DNA from: Candidatus Hodarchaeaceae archaeon | GTDB taxonomy: Archaea > Hadarchaeota > Hadarchaeia > Hadarchaeales > Hadarchaeaceae | Direction of reading: 5' to 3' | DNA: 31,184 nucleotides | Assembly (NCBI GenBank): GCA_030018135.1 | Contig: JASEGJ010000012.1 | Coordinates: 1-31,184, forward strand | Shown here: positions 17,272-26,698 of the stretch, piece by piece | Numbering within the stretch: position 1 is the first letter of the stretch | Layout of the letters: each line of letters starts with the position of its first letter | Notes under the pieces: model-generated | What the model saw: the letters and a program-made list of their open reading frames with translations, nothing else | What the model was told of the DNA's origin: nothing | Databases searched by the model: none | Made by a program: the position numbers and the translations under genes

Positions 17272-17743
17272 TTGGCAACCCCCGGGTCTCCCGCGGGTTA
17301 ACTTTGTGTGGACGACATGTAAACTACCACCGGTCGAAGACCAGTTGACTTCTACGCTCCCTGACCTCTTTGGGCCAGTTCATCCGTAGCTTAGGGTGGT
17401 TCATCTGCACCCCCGACTCCGAGGCCCTGCCGAAATACCGGAGCCAGTTGGAGCAGGAACTTCCGATGGGTGATCGGCCCACCGCGCTCTCTCCACGGGA
17501 GCCGCGCCCGAGCTTACGCAAGGGGAAGTTCCCGCCGTCGATGAACCTACCATCCGAATCGCCTATATGCTTTATGGGGAGGGGGTCACCGAAAGTGATC
17601 CCTCGTCTTGCATCAAGGGGCTCGAGGTCCTCCGAAGAAGCCGAGATTTTGGGGCTTTGGGCCGGGGGCTACGGGGGATAGGATAGGGGGATAGTTACTT
17701 AAGCCGTTTGAAAATAACTAGCCATCGGGGTGAAAACACGAAA

Positions 17744-18085
17744 TTGAAGAAACTAAGAGATGACAAGATCGTCGGCTACGTCTTGCTCGCCGTGGGGCTG
17801 GTCATGATACTGTTCGCGGTTCGCTCGATGTACGGCGTCTACACTGGCGCGGATCCGCCGCCCTCGGTCATCAGGGTCAGCGATGTCAAGTTCCCCGTAC
17901 CAAGCGAGGAGGGACAGCCCCGCGAGGAGGTCCTGCTGATATCGGGCGACCAAGCGAGCAAGGTGATAAACATGGGGCTGTGGTCGGTCCTGATGCTCTT
18001 CGTCGCCTCCGCGGGGGCAAAGATCGGGGGCCTCGGGGTAAAGATGGCGAGGGAGATAAAGGTCGAGGTGAAGAGGGAGGACTAG
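17744..18085 (+). CDS. Hypothetical membrane protein (2 TM)
   Basis: Two hydrophobic helices. Start placed at TTG 17744 after GGGGTGA SD; the ORF track starts at 17708. Confidence 0.7.
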   Translation: MKKLRDDKIVGYVLLAVGLVMILFAVRSMYGVYTGADPPPSVIRVSDVKFPVPSEEGQPREEVLLISGDQASKVINMGLWSVLMLFVASAGAKIGGLGVKMAREIKVEVKRED

Positions 18086-18372
18086 CCCCGCCCTCGAGCT
18101 TTTCCCTAGACCCCCTCGAATTCCTCCACGCTGGCGTCCAACCGGTAGCCTAAGAAGAGCCCGTCCAGGGTTATGTTACTCACATTACTCACGCCGATGT
18201 TGCCCTTCCCGCGCAGCACGAGCAACTCCTCGAATATCAGGAAGTCGACCTCACGCGCCGCGATTATGGCGAATGATCTCCCATTTGCGCCTTTCGCGCC
18301 ACATTTTCTGCGCTCGAGATTTTTTATGCAAAAATCGACCATTTTTAAAAGGTTTCAGATTTGAACCGATCC

Positions 18373-18387
18373 AAAAAGCTTTTAACC
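18373..18387 (+). promoter_or_regulatory. BRE-TATA promoter of modABC
   Basis: AAAAAG-CTTTTAA about 27-30 nt upstream of ATG 18414 (leaderless-type spacing). Confidence 0.5.
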
Positions 18388-18413
18388 GCTGGTCGCCTAG
18401 AATTCCGTTGCCG

Positions 18414-19286
18414 ATGTCCAAAACTCGGAGGTCTGAGTTATTGAAGGGCCAGAGGATTATTCCATCGCTCGTCATCGCCGCCTTGATGATTTTAGGGTAC
18501 CTCTCACTTGGCCCGCGCGGCGAGGAAAAGATCATCGCATTTTGCGGCTCGGCCTCCAAACCAGCGCTGGAAGCCGCTGCCTCGGCATTCGAGAGGAAGA
18601 CAGGGATAAGGGTGGAGCTGCAGTTTGGAGGCTCGGGTGCGATGCTCTCAAGGATGGAGATCTCCGGGAGCGGTGACCTTTACATTCCCGGCTCGCCCGA
18701 CTACATGGCGAAAGCGGTTGAGGAGGGCATCGTAGACGAGGACAGCATTCGAACCCTAGCTTACTTAGTTCCGGCGATCATAGTGCCCAAAGGCAACCCT
18801 AAGGGCATCACCGAGCTGCGGGATTTAGCTAAGGCTGGCGTAAGGGTTGGGATCGCTGACCCGGAATCGGTTTGTATCGGCGAGTACGCGGTCGAGCTCC
18901 TGAAGCACAATCTCCTCTACGATGAGGTGAGCAAAAACATAGTCGTGTATGCCGAAAGCTGCTCCAAGGCCGGCGCACTGGTCCCGATTGGCGCGGTCGA
19001 TGCCGTCATAGGCTGGGATGTCTTTCACAGGTGGAACCCAGATAAGGCCGACATCGTCCATATCGAACCCCACGCAAAGATACCGAGGCTCGCCTACATA
19101 CCCGCGGCGATCTCCAGCTACAGCAAAAATGTAGGGGGTGCGAGGCAATTTCTAGACTTCCTTTCCTCACAAGAGGGCCGCGAATATTTCGAGAACGCGG
19201 GCTACTTAACCACAGAGGGGGAGGCCAGAAAATATGCGCCGGATGCAGAGGTCCCGAGCATTCGGCAGCTCCTGGAAAAAATTTAA
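18414..19286 (+). CDS. modA: Molybdate/tungstate ABC transporter substrate-binding protein
   Basis: TM anchor, GSASKPA, FGGSG, IIVPKGNPKGI, IADPESVCIGEYA. Confidence 0.88.
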   Translation: MSKTRRSELLKGQRIIPSLVIAALMILGYLSLGPRGEEKIIAFCGSASKPALEAAASAFERKTGIRVELQFGGSGAMLSRMEISGSGDLYIPGSPDYMAKAVEEGIVDEDSIRTLAYLVPAIIVPKGNPKGITELRDLAKAGVRVGIADPESVCIGEYAVELLKHNLLYDEVSKNIVVYAESCSKAGALVPIGAVDAVIGWDVFHRWNPDKADIVHIEPHAKIPRLAYIPAAISSYSKNVGGARQFLDFLSSQEGREYFENAGYLTTEGEARKYAPDAEVPSIRQLLEKI

Positions 19287-19316
19287 TCATAGCATAACTA
19301 AAGTTGCGGGGAGAAG

Positions 19317-20111
19317 ATGAGGCTAAACGGGAATAGGTCCTTCAGCTCCTTCAGCTTTCTGGCGTTGGCGTCGCTCCTCGCCCTCTTCCTGTTCTTCGTA
19401 ACCTTGCTGCTCTCGGTGTTTCTCTACGTCGGCCCGCGCGAGCTTGCATCCTCGCTGCTATCGGAGGAGATCCTCTTCTCCATTCGATTGAGTTTGATCA
19501 CAGCGACGATGGCGACGGCAGCTTGTCTACTCGTGGCCGTCCCTGCCGCCTATGCCCTCTCTAGATTCAATTTTCGTGGCAAGGGATTGGTCGATGTCCT
19601 ACTCTACCTACCCATAGGTATGCCCCCCGTGGCCCTAGGTGCAGCGCTGCTGATATTCTTCGGTACACCTATGGGGGGGATCTTCTCTGCGAGGTTCGTA
19701 TTCGAGGTCCCAGGGATAATCTTGGCCCAGTTTGCGGTCATCAGCGCCTTGGCGACGAAGATAATGAAATCGACCTTCGACGGCATAGACCCGGAGTACG
19801 AGTCCGTGGCGAGAACCCTCGGGTGCAGCAGGTTTCAGGCATTTTACAAGGTGGCCCTGCCCCTAGCGAAAGGCGGGCTCATAACCGCGGTCGCCATCTC
19901 ATGGATCAGGGCCCTGGGCGAGTTCGGGGCAACGGTCATGCTTGCGGGGGCGACGAGGATGAAGACGGAGACCCTGCCAGTGGCGATATTCCTCAACCTT
20001 GAAACGGCGGATGTGGTGAAGATGTCGGCGGCAGTCCTGATACTTGCGGGGGTCGGTTTGACGGCGTTGATCTTGATCCATAAACTTGGAAAAAGGTGGC
20101 CGGCGGTTTGA
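19317..20111 (+). CDS. modB: Molybdate ABC transporter permease
   Basis: LPIGMPPVALG, EAA-like ESVARTLG, RALGEFGAT, TETLPVAI. Confidence 0.9.
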   Translation: MRLNGNRSFSSFSFLALASLLALFLFFVTLLLSVFLYVGPRELASSLLSEEILFSIRLSLITATMATAACLLVAVPAAYALSRFNFRGKGLVDVLLYLPIGMPPVALGAALLIFFGTPMGGIFSARFVFEVPGIILAQFAVISALATKIMKSTFDGIDPEYESVARTLGCSRFQAFYKVALPLAKGGLITAVAISWIRALGEFGATVMLAGATRMKTETLPVAIFLNLETADVVKMSAAVLILAGVGLTALILIHKLGKRWPAV

Positions 20112-20809
20112 TAAGGGTAGAAAATCTCTCCATGCGGTTGGGCAATTTCGCTCTGACTGATGTGAATCTACGAGTTCAGAGGGGGGAACACTCGATTATC
20201 CTTGGGCCGATAGGCAGCGGCAAAACCACGCTCTTGAAATGCATCGCCGGCATTTACCGCCCGGACAGCGGGAGGATAGAGATGGACGGCGAGGACGTGA
20301 CGGAGCTGCCCCCCGAGAGGAGAAACATCGGCTATGTCCCGCAGGACTACAGGTTGTTCCCTCACCTGACGGTCAGCGAGAACATCTCGTTTGGGTTGAG
20401 GGTCAGAAGGTCGGGCAACTTGGAGGATAGGACGAGGGCGATGCTCGATCTGGTAGGCCTGTCCGACCTCTCGAGGCAATGCATAAAATGCCTGAGCGAG
20501 GGACAAAAACAGCTTGTGGCGCTGGCTAGGGCACTGGCAATTCAACCCAAGGTACTGCTGTTGGATGAGCCCTTCACTAGGCTGGACTCGACGGCGAAGG
20601 TAAGGCTTCGGAGGGAGCTGAGGAGGATTCACGAGCAGACAGGGGTAACGATAATTCACGTCACGCACGATTTCGAGGGGTCCTTGAACTCGAGGAATAG
20701 GGTCGCGATAATGAACGACGGGCGGCTGGTGCAAGATCTCTCCGAAATCAAGAAATATCTGGATGAAAAACTCGGGTACATCCCGATAGATCTGAGGGCA
20801 GGGGGCTGA
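20096..20809 (+). CDS. modC: Molybdate ABC transporter ATPase (short form)
   Basis: Walker A GPIGSGKT, Q-loop VPQD, signature LSEGQ, Walker B LLLDEP, H-loop VTHD. Confidence 0.85.
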   Translation: MAGGLIRVENLSMRLGNFALTDVNLRVQRGEHSIILGPIGSGKTTLLKCIAGIYRPDSGRIEMDGEDVTELPPERRNIGYVPQDYRLFPHLTVSENISFGLRVRRSGNLEDRTRAMLDLVGLSDLSRQCIKCLSEGQKQLVALARALAIQPKVLLLDEPFTRLDSTAKVRLRRELRRIHEQTGVTIIHVTHDFEGSLNSRNRVAIMNDGRLVQDLSEIKKYLDEKLGYIPIDLRAGG

Positions 20810-20860
20810 GTTATCTTTGACCATTTGAGGACCGCTGAACTTTGCGCGCGAACGGTCACC

Positions 20861-21381
20861 TTAACCGCTGGATTTGTGCAATCTGATGATCTCCTCATGT
20901 AGGGCATCGAGGCGTCCCAAGGCGGGATGGTCGGCGCCGAGTTGTGCCTTAAGTATCTCCTTAGCTTCCTCGTACGAAACATCGCCCGTTCCAACCATGA
21001 GTTTGTCCGCGTACGCGACGATCTTCTCCTCGAGGGTCTGCGGCATGAAATCCCTAGGTGGCAACCCAAGCTCCCCCGCCTCCTTAGCTGGGATGCCCGC
21101 CCCTATGTGAGATTCCGCAAATCCGGCGAACTCGCCCAAGCCCCGACTGCGCAGGAGTTGGGCCCCCTCCACGCCGTGTTCGATGTCGTGCGTCCTAGCC
21201 CTGCCGACATCGTGCAAGAGCGCCCCGAGCTCAACTAGCTTAGGTCCACCTCGTAACCATTTGCGCGGATCTGCCTGGCGATCTCGATCGCCTTTTTGGC
21301 AACCGCCGAGCAGTGCTCCACAACCCGCCTAGAGCAACCGGCCTCTCGCAGGAGGTTCAAAGCTTCCTCGCGAGTGAGCAA
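20861..21381 (-). CDS. HD-domain (HDIG, TIGR00295-like) protein; apparent frameshift ~21241
   Basis: From TTG 21381: LLTREEALNLLREAGCSRRVVEHC...YEVDL, shifting into KLVELGALLHDVGR...HGVEG...HIGAGI...EEKIVAYAD. Usual position downstream of tfe. Confidence 0.8.
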
Positions 21382-21882
21382 CTAGCTCCCCATAAGGCTT
21401 TGTTTGAGGGACTCGATCTGACGCTCCAATGCGGTGATGATGTTGCTGTTGTCGAAGTGCTCCAGCTGCTGCCCGCACTGCGGGCACTTGAAGTCGTTCT
21501 CGGCAGCGGCGTCGAACGACAGCTTTGCGCAGCTATTGCCGCAGCCGAAGAACATCGTATTGCGCTCCTGCTCCAGCCTGGCCTGAAGCTTTTGAAGCAG
21601 AAGCCTCTTGTTGTTGTTGAAGAACTCCATCGCTCGCTCGGGCTCTATGCGCCAATAGTAAATGTACCATCCGCTGTTCTCGTCGCGCACCCTGCGGTAG
21701 CCAACCATGCGATTTTCGTAAAGGTCGTACAAGATTTTCCTAACTAGGTTTAGTCGGATGCCCGTCCGCTTCGCCAGCTCTTCATCGGTAGCCTCCCTGC
21801 CGGCTAACGCGGACGCCACCTCATACCCATTTTCGCCGGCGATTCTGACTAGGATCTCCCTAAAAACTGGGTCTTCTGCCAT
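21382..21882 (-). CDS. tfe: Transcription factor E (TFE alpha)
   Basis: TDEELA, VRKILYDLYE, DENSGWYIYYW winged helix plus FKCPQCG zinc ribbon. Start may alternatively be ATG 21912. Confidence 0.93.
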   Translation of the reverse strand: MAEDPVFREILVRIAGENGYEVASALAGREATDEELAKRTGIRLNLVRKILYDLYENRMVGYRRVRDENSGWYIYYWRIEPERAMEFFNNNKRLLLQKLQARLEQERNTMFFGCGNSCAKLSFDAAAENDFKCPQCGQQLEHFDNSNIITALERQIESLKQSLMGS

Positions 21883-21968
21883 TTTTCCCCGGCCCACTTC
21901 ACTACCCTCCATGGGCTTGTATGTATTTTTGTTGAACTTATAAATAAAGTTAACGCGGAAATCTTAAG

Positions 21969-22508
21969 TTAACTAAACTTTTTAAACCTTTTTTCGACCT
22001 TTTTGCCCTTTTTGCTTGGTATTACCTTCAATTTGCTGTTTTTGAACTCCTTTTTCAGTTCGCTACCCTTAAAGAGCCTATCCAACAAAATAGCTAAAGC
22101 AGCGACCTCTGAGTGGGGCTGATGTCCAATTGCGACATTGAAATCCGCCAAATCGAAAAGTCCGCTTGGCATTTTCTCCGCTCCGACCACTATTAAAACA
22201 TCCTTTCCCTGAAGGTTGGGCAAAACTTCCTCGGGCGGCAGGCCATACATGGTGAGGTGGACCACCAAGCCACCGGCAGAGCGCCATTCCTCGATCACCC
22301 TTCGCCACGGCTCGCCAGCGCGGACGAAAAATGGGCCCCCCCAAAGTTCGACCACCCTTTGTACGCTTTGCTCAACCTGCTTGTCCCTAACATCGGCGAG
22401 GACGATGCCATCGGCTCCGAGGGCCCTAGCCGTCAACGCGACGTGCGTCGTGACGCGCTTATCCCTCTGCGACCTATGGCCCATGCGGAGGACCACAACT
22501 TTCGGCAA
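21969..22508 (-). CDS. trm56: tRNA (cytidine56-2'-O)-methyltransferase aTrm56
   Basis: [45 protein letters not shown]. Confidence 0.93.
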   Translation of the reverse strand: MPKVVVLRMGHRSQRDKRVTTHVALTARALGADGIVLADVRDKQVEQSVQRVVELWGGPFFVRAGEPWRRVIEEWRSAGGLVVHLTMYGLPPEEVLPNLQGKDVLIVVGAEKMPSGLFDLADFNVAIGHQPHSEVAALAILLDRLFKGSELKKEFKNSKLKVIPSKKGKKVEKRFKKFS

Positions 22509-22519
22509 AATTTCACCAC

Positions 22520-23587
22520 TTAAGCTCCGATGCCCCTCTCAATCACCTTAGTCCGCAAAACATCGAGCAGTAAATCGAGGTTCGTGCCGTGCGCGGCTGA
22601 GATCGGCACAATCATTGACGAAATATCGCGAAGCAGCTCAAGCCTGTGCTCGAGTTCCGCGCGGGAAAGCAGGTCTATCTTGTTCAATGCGGTCACGACG
22701 TTCACCGGGTACTCCGCCAAGATCTCTCGGGATGCCTGAAGCTTCCGCAGGACCTCGTGCATCGGCTCCGAGACATCGACGACGAGCACGACGAGGTCCG
22801 CTAGGTATATCTCCTCCAGCGTTGCCTTGAACGCCTCGACCATCCAAGGGGGCAACCCGTCGATGAAGCCGACGGTATCAGTAAGCAAAATCGCTCGGCT
22901 CGCCTTCGCGGCGCGAGTTCGGGGCGTGAGAGTGGTAAACAACATGTCGTCCACCTCGACCTTGGCGGCGGTGAGCGCGTTCAGCAGGGTGCTCTTGCCC
23001 GCGTTAGTGTAGCCAGCGAGCGCGACCAAGTTGAAGCCGCGCCTGCGCCTGAGTTTCCGCCTTTGTTCCCTCGATTTGGCAATCGATGCGAGCTTTCGCC
23101 TCAGGCCAATCATGCGCCTCTTGATCATGTCGTAGTAAACATCAACCTCGTATTCACCCCTGCCCCGCAAGCCAGGCTGCTCGACAGACATTAGCGTCCT
23201 CACCCTTTCCCTGACCCTGGGCAGCTCGTAGCTCAGCCTAGCGTATTCGACTTGAAGCTTTGCCTCGGGAGAGCCCGCGCGCATCGCAAATATCTCCAAG
23301 ATTAACTGAAATCTATCGATGACATCCACGCCTGCCAGTTGGGAAAGCTTAAATGCCTGGGACGGCGTCAGCTGGTTGCTGAAGATCACGCGCTCCGCTT
23401 TTGCGACCTTGACCAAGTCGGCCAACTCCCTTGCCTTGCCCCTGCCAATTTGGTACGCCGGGTCTGGCTCGCGGATTTGCTCCACGACGGCGGCCACCTC
23501 GTGGTCGAGCGTCTTCGCCAATGCGGCTAGCTCATCCAGACGCGAGAGCTCTCCGGGCAGGCGGCGCTCCACCAGCACGACGCGCAT
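22520..23587 (-). CDS. hflX: Ribosome-associated GTPase HflX
   Basis: [43 protein letters not shown]. Confidence 0.95.
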   Translation of the reverse strand: MRVVLVERRLPGELSRLDELAALAKTLDHEVAAVVEQIREPDPAYQIGRGKARELADLVKVAKAERVIFSNQLTPSQAFKLSQLAGVDVIDRFQLILEIFAMRAGSPEAKLQVEYARLSYELPRVRERVRTLMSVEQPGLRGRGEYEVDVYYDMIKRRMIGLRRKLASIAKSREQRRKLRRRRGFNLVALAGYTNAGKSTLLNALTAAKVEVDDMLFTTLTPRTRAAKASRAILLTDTVGFIDGLPPWMVEAFKATLEEIYLADLVVLVVDVSEPMHEVLRKLQASREILAEYPVNVVTALNKIDLLSRAELEHRLELLRDISSMIVPISAAHGTNLDLLLDVLRTKVIERGIGA

Positions 23588-23634
23588 AGTACCATTTTAA
23601 AATATGCGTCCAAACTCAAAAGATGATGGGTTGG

Positions 23635-23988
23635 CTATTTGTTCGCGCCACTCTCCTCTTCCTCATCTTGACCGCGCCTGTGCAAGTACCAAGAGCCAAG
23701 GTGCCCGTAGATGAGCCAGCCGACGATGAGGATTATACCATGACACATCAGCAAGGTCCCGATGACTAATGTCCAGATGTAAGACATCCCCGTTAGGAGG
23801 GTGATGAGCACCAATAATCCGCCGGTCACGATTGTGAGGATGCCAACGCCGACGGGGTGCCGGCGAGGTCTTTCGCGGGAGATCCCAAGTTTATCCCAAC
23901 GCCTTGGCCGACGGATGACTTGCCCACAGCCCTTACATATCGTGGCTCCGTCCGCGTTCTCGGCGCCGCATTTTCCGCAGCGGATCAT
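23635..23988 (-). CDS. Zinc-ribbon membrane protein
   Basis: CGKCG-x10-CKGCG followed by two TM helices and an acidic tail. Confidence 0.75.
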   Translation of the reverse strand: MIRCGKCGAENADGATICKGCGQVIRRPRRWDKLGISRERPRRHPVGVGILTIVTGGLLVLITLLTGMSYIWTLVIGTLLMCHGIILIVGWLIYGHLGSWYLHRRGQDEEEESGANK

Positions 23989-24051
23989 CGTTTCCCTGTC
24001 ATACTTTTCTTCAACAAATATGTATTTTCTGGTCTGCCGAAAATTTTGATG

Positions 24052-24402
24052 CTACTCGGTCAGCCGAACGTTCAACACGCGCTGAAGCTTTCTTGTGAGC
24101 CGCTCGTCCGGCCTCAGGTCGCCCGCCTCGAGCTTCTTCACGACGGAGACGCGCTCCAAGAGCCGCTTCGCCAGCTCCTCCTGCTTGAGGCCAAGTCGCT
24201 CCCTCGCCTGCCGAATGAGCTTCGGATATTCCTCGACGAGTTCCGGCATGTCGAACAGCTCCTCCGCAGGGGCGGCTCGGTAAACTTCCTTCAACCTATA
24301 GCCGAGGCTGGAACATCGCTCGCATACAGATACCACGACGTCCTCAATCGAAACCCTGTACGGCTTGCCGATGATCCTTCGGCCGCAAACCTCGCAGTCC
24401 AC
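24052..24402 (-). CDS. mbf1: Archaeal multiprotein bridging factor aMBF1
   Basis: CEVCG...VCERC zinc ribbon plus IRQARERLGLKQEELA HTH. Confidence 0.9.
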   Translation of the reverse strand: MDCEVCGRRIIGKPYRVSIEDVVVSVCERCSSLGYRLKEVYRAAPAEELFDMPELVEEYPKLIRQARERLGLKQEELAKRLLERVSVVKKLEAGDLRPDERLTRKLQRVLNVRLTE

Positions 24403-24446
24403 GGCATCACCGCCCTCATTTCTGCAAATAAAGCTTGATTTCTACT

Positions 24447-24458
24447 GAAAGTTTATAT
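24447..24458 (+). promoter_or_regulatory. BRE-TATA promoter of pan
   Basis: GAAAG-TTTATAT, near-consensus, about 35 nt upstream of TTG 24494. Confidence 0.65.
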
Positions 24459-24493
24459 CGAAGCCTTTCTCATTATGTTTTGGGAGAGTTTAA

Positions 24494-25690
24494 TTGGCGA
24501 ATGCCTCAAAAGCTAAGGAACCGGCACATGAAGACGAGTACATCATAGATTACATCAAGAATTTAGAGCAACGCGTCCGCAGCCTGGAGCACGAGAAGCG
24601 CTCGCTGGAGGGCGAACACGCGCGCATCCAGCGGGAGCTACACGGCCTTCGTACCGAATTCGAGCGCATACGGATGCCGCCCCTCATAGCCGCCACCTTG
24701 CTGGATATCCTGCCGGACGGTAGGGCAATAGTGCGGAGCAGCACAGGACCGCACTTTATAGTCAGCATATCGCAATTTATCAACCCAGAGGACCTCAGAC
24801 CCGGTGCTAGGGTCGCACTCAATCAGCGCACCTTCAGCATCATGGAGGTGCTGCCCTCAAAGAAGGACCCGCTAGTTCTGGGCATGGAAATCGAAGAGGC
24901 TCCAGATGTCACCTACGACGACGTTGGCGGGCTTGAGGAGCAAATTCGGGAGATACGAGAGACCGTCGAGCTACCGCTGCTGAAGCCGGAGCTGTTCAAG
25001 AAGGTGGGCATCGAACCGCCGCGCGGCGTGCTCCTATATGGCGCCCCGGGTACGGGCAAAACCCTGCTTGCGCGAGCGGTCGCCCATGAGACCCGTGCGA
25101 CGTTCATCCGCGTCATAGGCTCGGAACTCGTGCAGAAGTACATTGGCGAGGGAGCGAGAATGGTGCGCGAGATGTTCGAGCTGGCACAGGAGAGGGCGCC
25201 GAGCATCGTCTTCATAGATGAGATCGATGCGATAGGCGCGCGAAGGATGGACACCTCCACGAGCGGCGACCGCGAGGTCCACCGCACGATGATGCAACTG
25301 CTCGCTGAAATCGATGGATTCGATCCGCGCGGCGATGTCAAAATTTTGGCCGCGACCAACAGGCCGGATATCCTTGACCCGGCCCTGCTGCGACCCGGGC
25401 GCTTCGATAGGCTAATTCAGTTCCCGATGCCAAACGAGGCCGCGCGAGCCGCCATCTTCAAAATCCATGTGCGCGGAATGAACTTGGCCGAGGATGTCAA
25501 CTGGGAGGCACTCGCAAAGGAGACCGATAGGGCGACGGGTGCGGATATCAAGGCAATTTGCACCGAGGCCGGCATGTTCGCGATACGCAGGAGTGCCGAG
25601 CAGGTTACGCAGGCTGATTTCAAAATGGCGATCGCCAAAGTTTTGGCTGCCCCTCAAGCGCCCGCCAAGCCAGAAGTGATGTTCGGATAA
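24494..25690 (+). CDS. pan: Proteasome-activating nucleotidase (AAA+)
   Basis: N-terminal coiled coil, PPL OB fold, [15 protein letters not shown] pore loop, IDEID, C-terminal MFG. Confidence 0.95.
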   Translation: MANASKAKEPAHEDEYIIDYIKNLEQRVRSLEHEKRSLEGEHARIQRELHGLRTEFERIRMPPLIAATLLDILPDGRAIVRSSTGPHFIVSISQFINPEDLRPGARVALNQRTFSIMEVLPSKKDPLVLGMEIEEAPDVTYDDVGGLEEQIREIRETVELPLLKPELFKKVGIEPPRGVLLYGAPGTGKTLLARAVAHETRATFIRVIGSELVQKYIGEGARMVREMFELAQERAPSIVFIDEIDAIGARRMDTSTSGDREVHRTMMQLLAEIDGFDPRGDVKILAATNRPDILDPALLRPGRFDRLIQFPMPNEAARAAIFKIHVRGMNLAEDVNWEALAKETDRATGADIKAICTEAGMFAIRRSAEQVTQADFKMAIAKVLAAPQAPAKPEVMFG

Positions 25691-25790
25691 GAAATGAATT
25701 TTCCACAACCAACTGTCCGAAAATCCCCTGTGAGAAATGTTGGGGTCTTTAACTCGCGCCACAAGTCATTTTTTGCCGTTGGTTCGAATA

Positions 25791-26342
25791 CTAGCCGCGC
25801 ACGTATGGGTAATCGTTCTCCAGCCACTCATAGGGGTCAGACTCCGAGGAGTAAAAGGTGTACCTCAACCAGTTGTGTCGTGGGTAAGCCTCCATCCCCC
25901 ACCTGAGCAACTCCGCGTTCACGTTCACCCAGGAGTTGTCGATCCTGACGTAGATCACAGCGAGCAACCTGCTATAGGCGTCACGATAACCGATGGCCTT
26001 GTCCTCCAAGTCGAGGTAAACCTCGGCCCCGGTTGGGCAGAGGCCGGAGATGAAGCCGCTCGCCTCCCTTCCGCCCTCGCTCCCCATCTCCGGGGCGTCT
26101 ATTCCGCCCGAGAACCTCACGCTCTCGCTCGTCCTGGCCGTGATGCCCTTTACGTTCTCCTGAACCCAGGTCAGGCTGACCCAGATGGTGTCGCCGTCGA
26201 CAACATAACTCACCGTCCCAATTGCCTCGAAATGCGGGGGCGGGATTTCTATTGCCGGAACTGGTCCGCGGGTGATCGCCATGGCAAAGACCAGACCCGC
26301 CACGACTACGACCGCCCCGATGAGGATGGCCTTCCTACCCAT
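25791..26342 (-). CDS. Membrane-anchored/secreted thermonuclease (SNase-like)
   Basis: N-terminal TM; VVDGDTI, VRFSGGIDAPE, RDAYSRLLAVIY, VNAELLRWG. Confidence 0.85.
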   Translation of the reverse strand: MGRKAILIGAVVVVAGLVFAMAITRGPVPAIEIPPPHFEAIGTVSYVVDGDTIWVSLTWVQENVKGITARTSESVRFSGGIDAPEMGSEGGREASGFISGLCPTGAEVYLDLEDKAIGYRDAYSRLLAVIYVRIDNSWVNVNAELLRWGMEAYPRHNWLRYTFYSSESDPYEWLENDYPYVRG

Positions 26343-26494
26343 GCGATTACCACCCCGCTTGATTCGATCCGCAACCATTTTAACTTCTGCCCTAAAAATG
26401 CCCCGGGGCCTCGCCGCGGCGATCCTTTAAGACATCTGACCAACTGCACATTCATTGGGATAGATTTTTATCGTCGGTGGTCCAAACTTAAAAT

Positions 26495-26557
26495 GCCGAT
26501 GATGTCACTGACATCGTCTGAGCTTCGGCTATGATTAGATGATGGGCGGACTGAGGC
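26495..26557 (+). ncRNA. Candidate box C/D methylation-guide sRNA
   Basis: GCC-G-ATGATGT (C), 12 nt guide, CTGA (D'), GC-TTCG-GC hairpin, ATGATTA (C'), 13 nt guide, CTGA (D)-GGC. Terminal GCC/GGC stem; TTTTTAT about 25 nt upstream. Confidence 0.6.
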
Positions 26558-26698
26558 CCTAGACAAAGCTCGAAATTCAAAGATGGGTCCTTCGAATTTG
26601 TCAAACGGTCTCGGATATCCCGGCAGCCAATCGCTTATCATCCGACTCCGCGCAACCCAAATGGCTAATACGATGAAAAACCTCAGTGTGATGAGAAA

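Noticed and set aside
17272-17700. RNase P RNA or SRP RNA
   Set aside because: GGAAGTTCC-like words occur, but I could not find the matching 3' P4 strand (ACAGAA...GCTTA) or the SRP helix 8 motif.
1404-25690. JAB/RadC + JAMM + PAN as a ubiquitin-like (SAMP) system locus
   Set aside because: No ubiquitin-like or E1/E2 gene is in the window, and the three genes are far apart in unrelated contexts.
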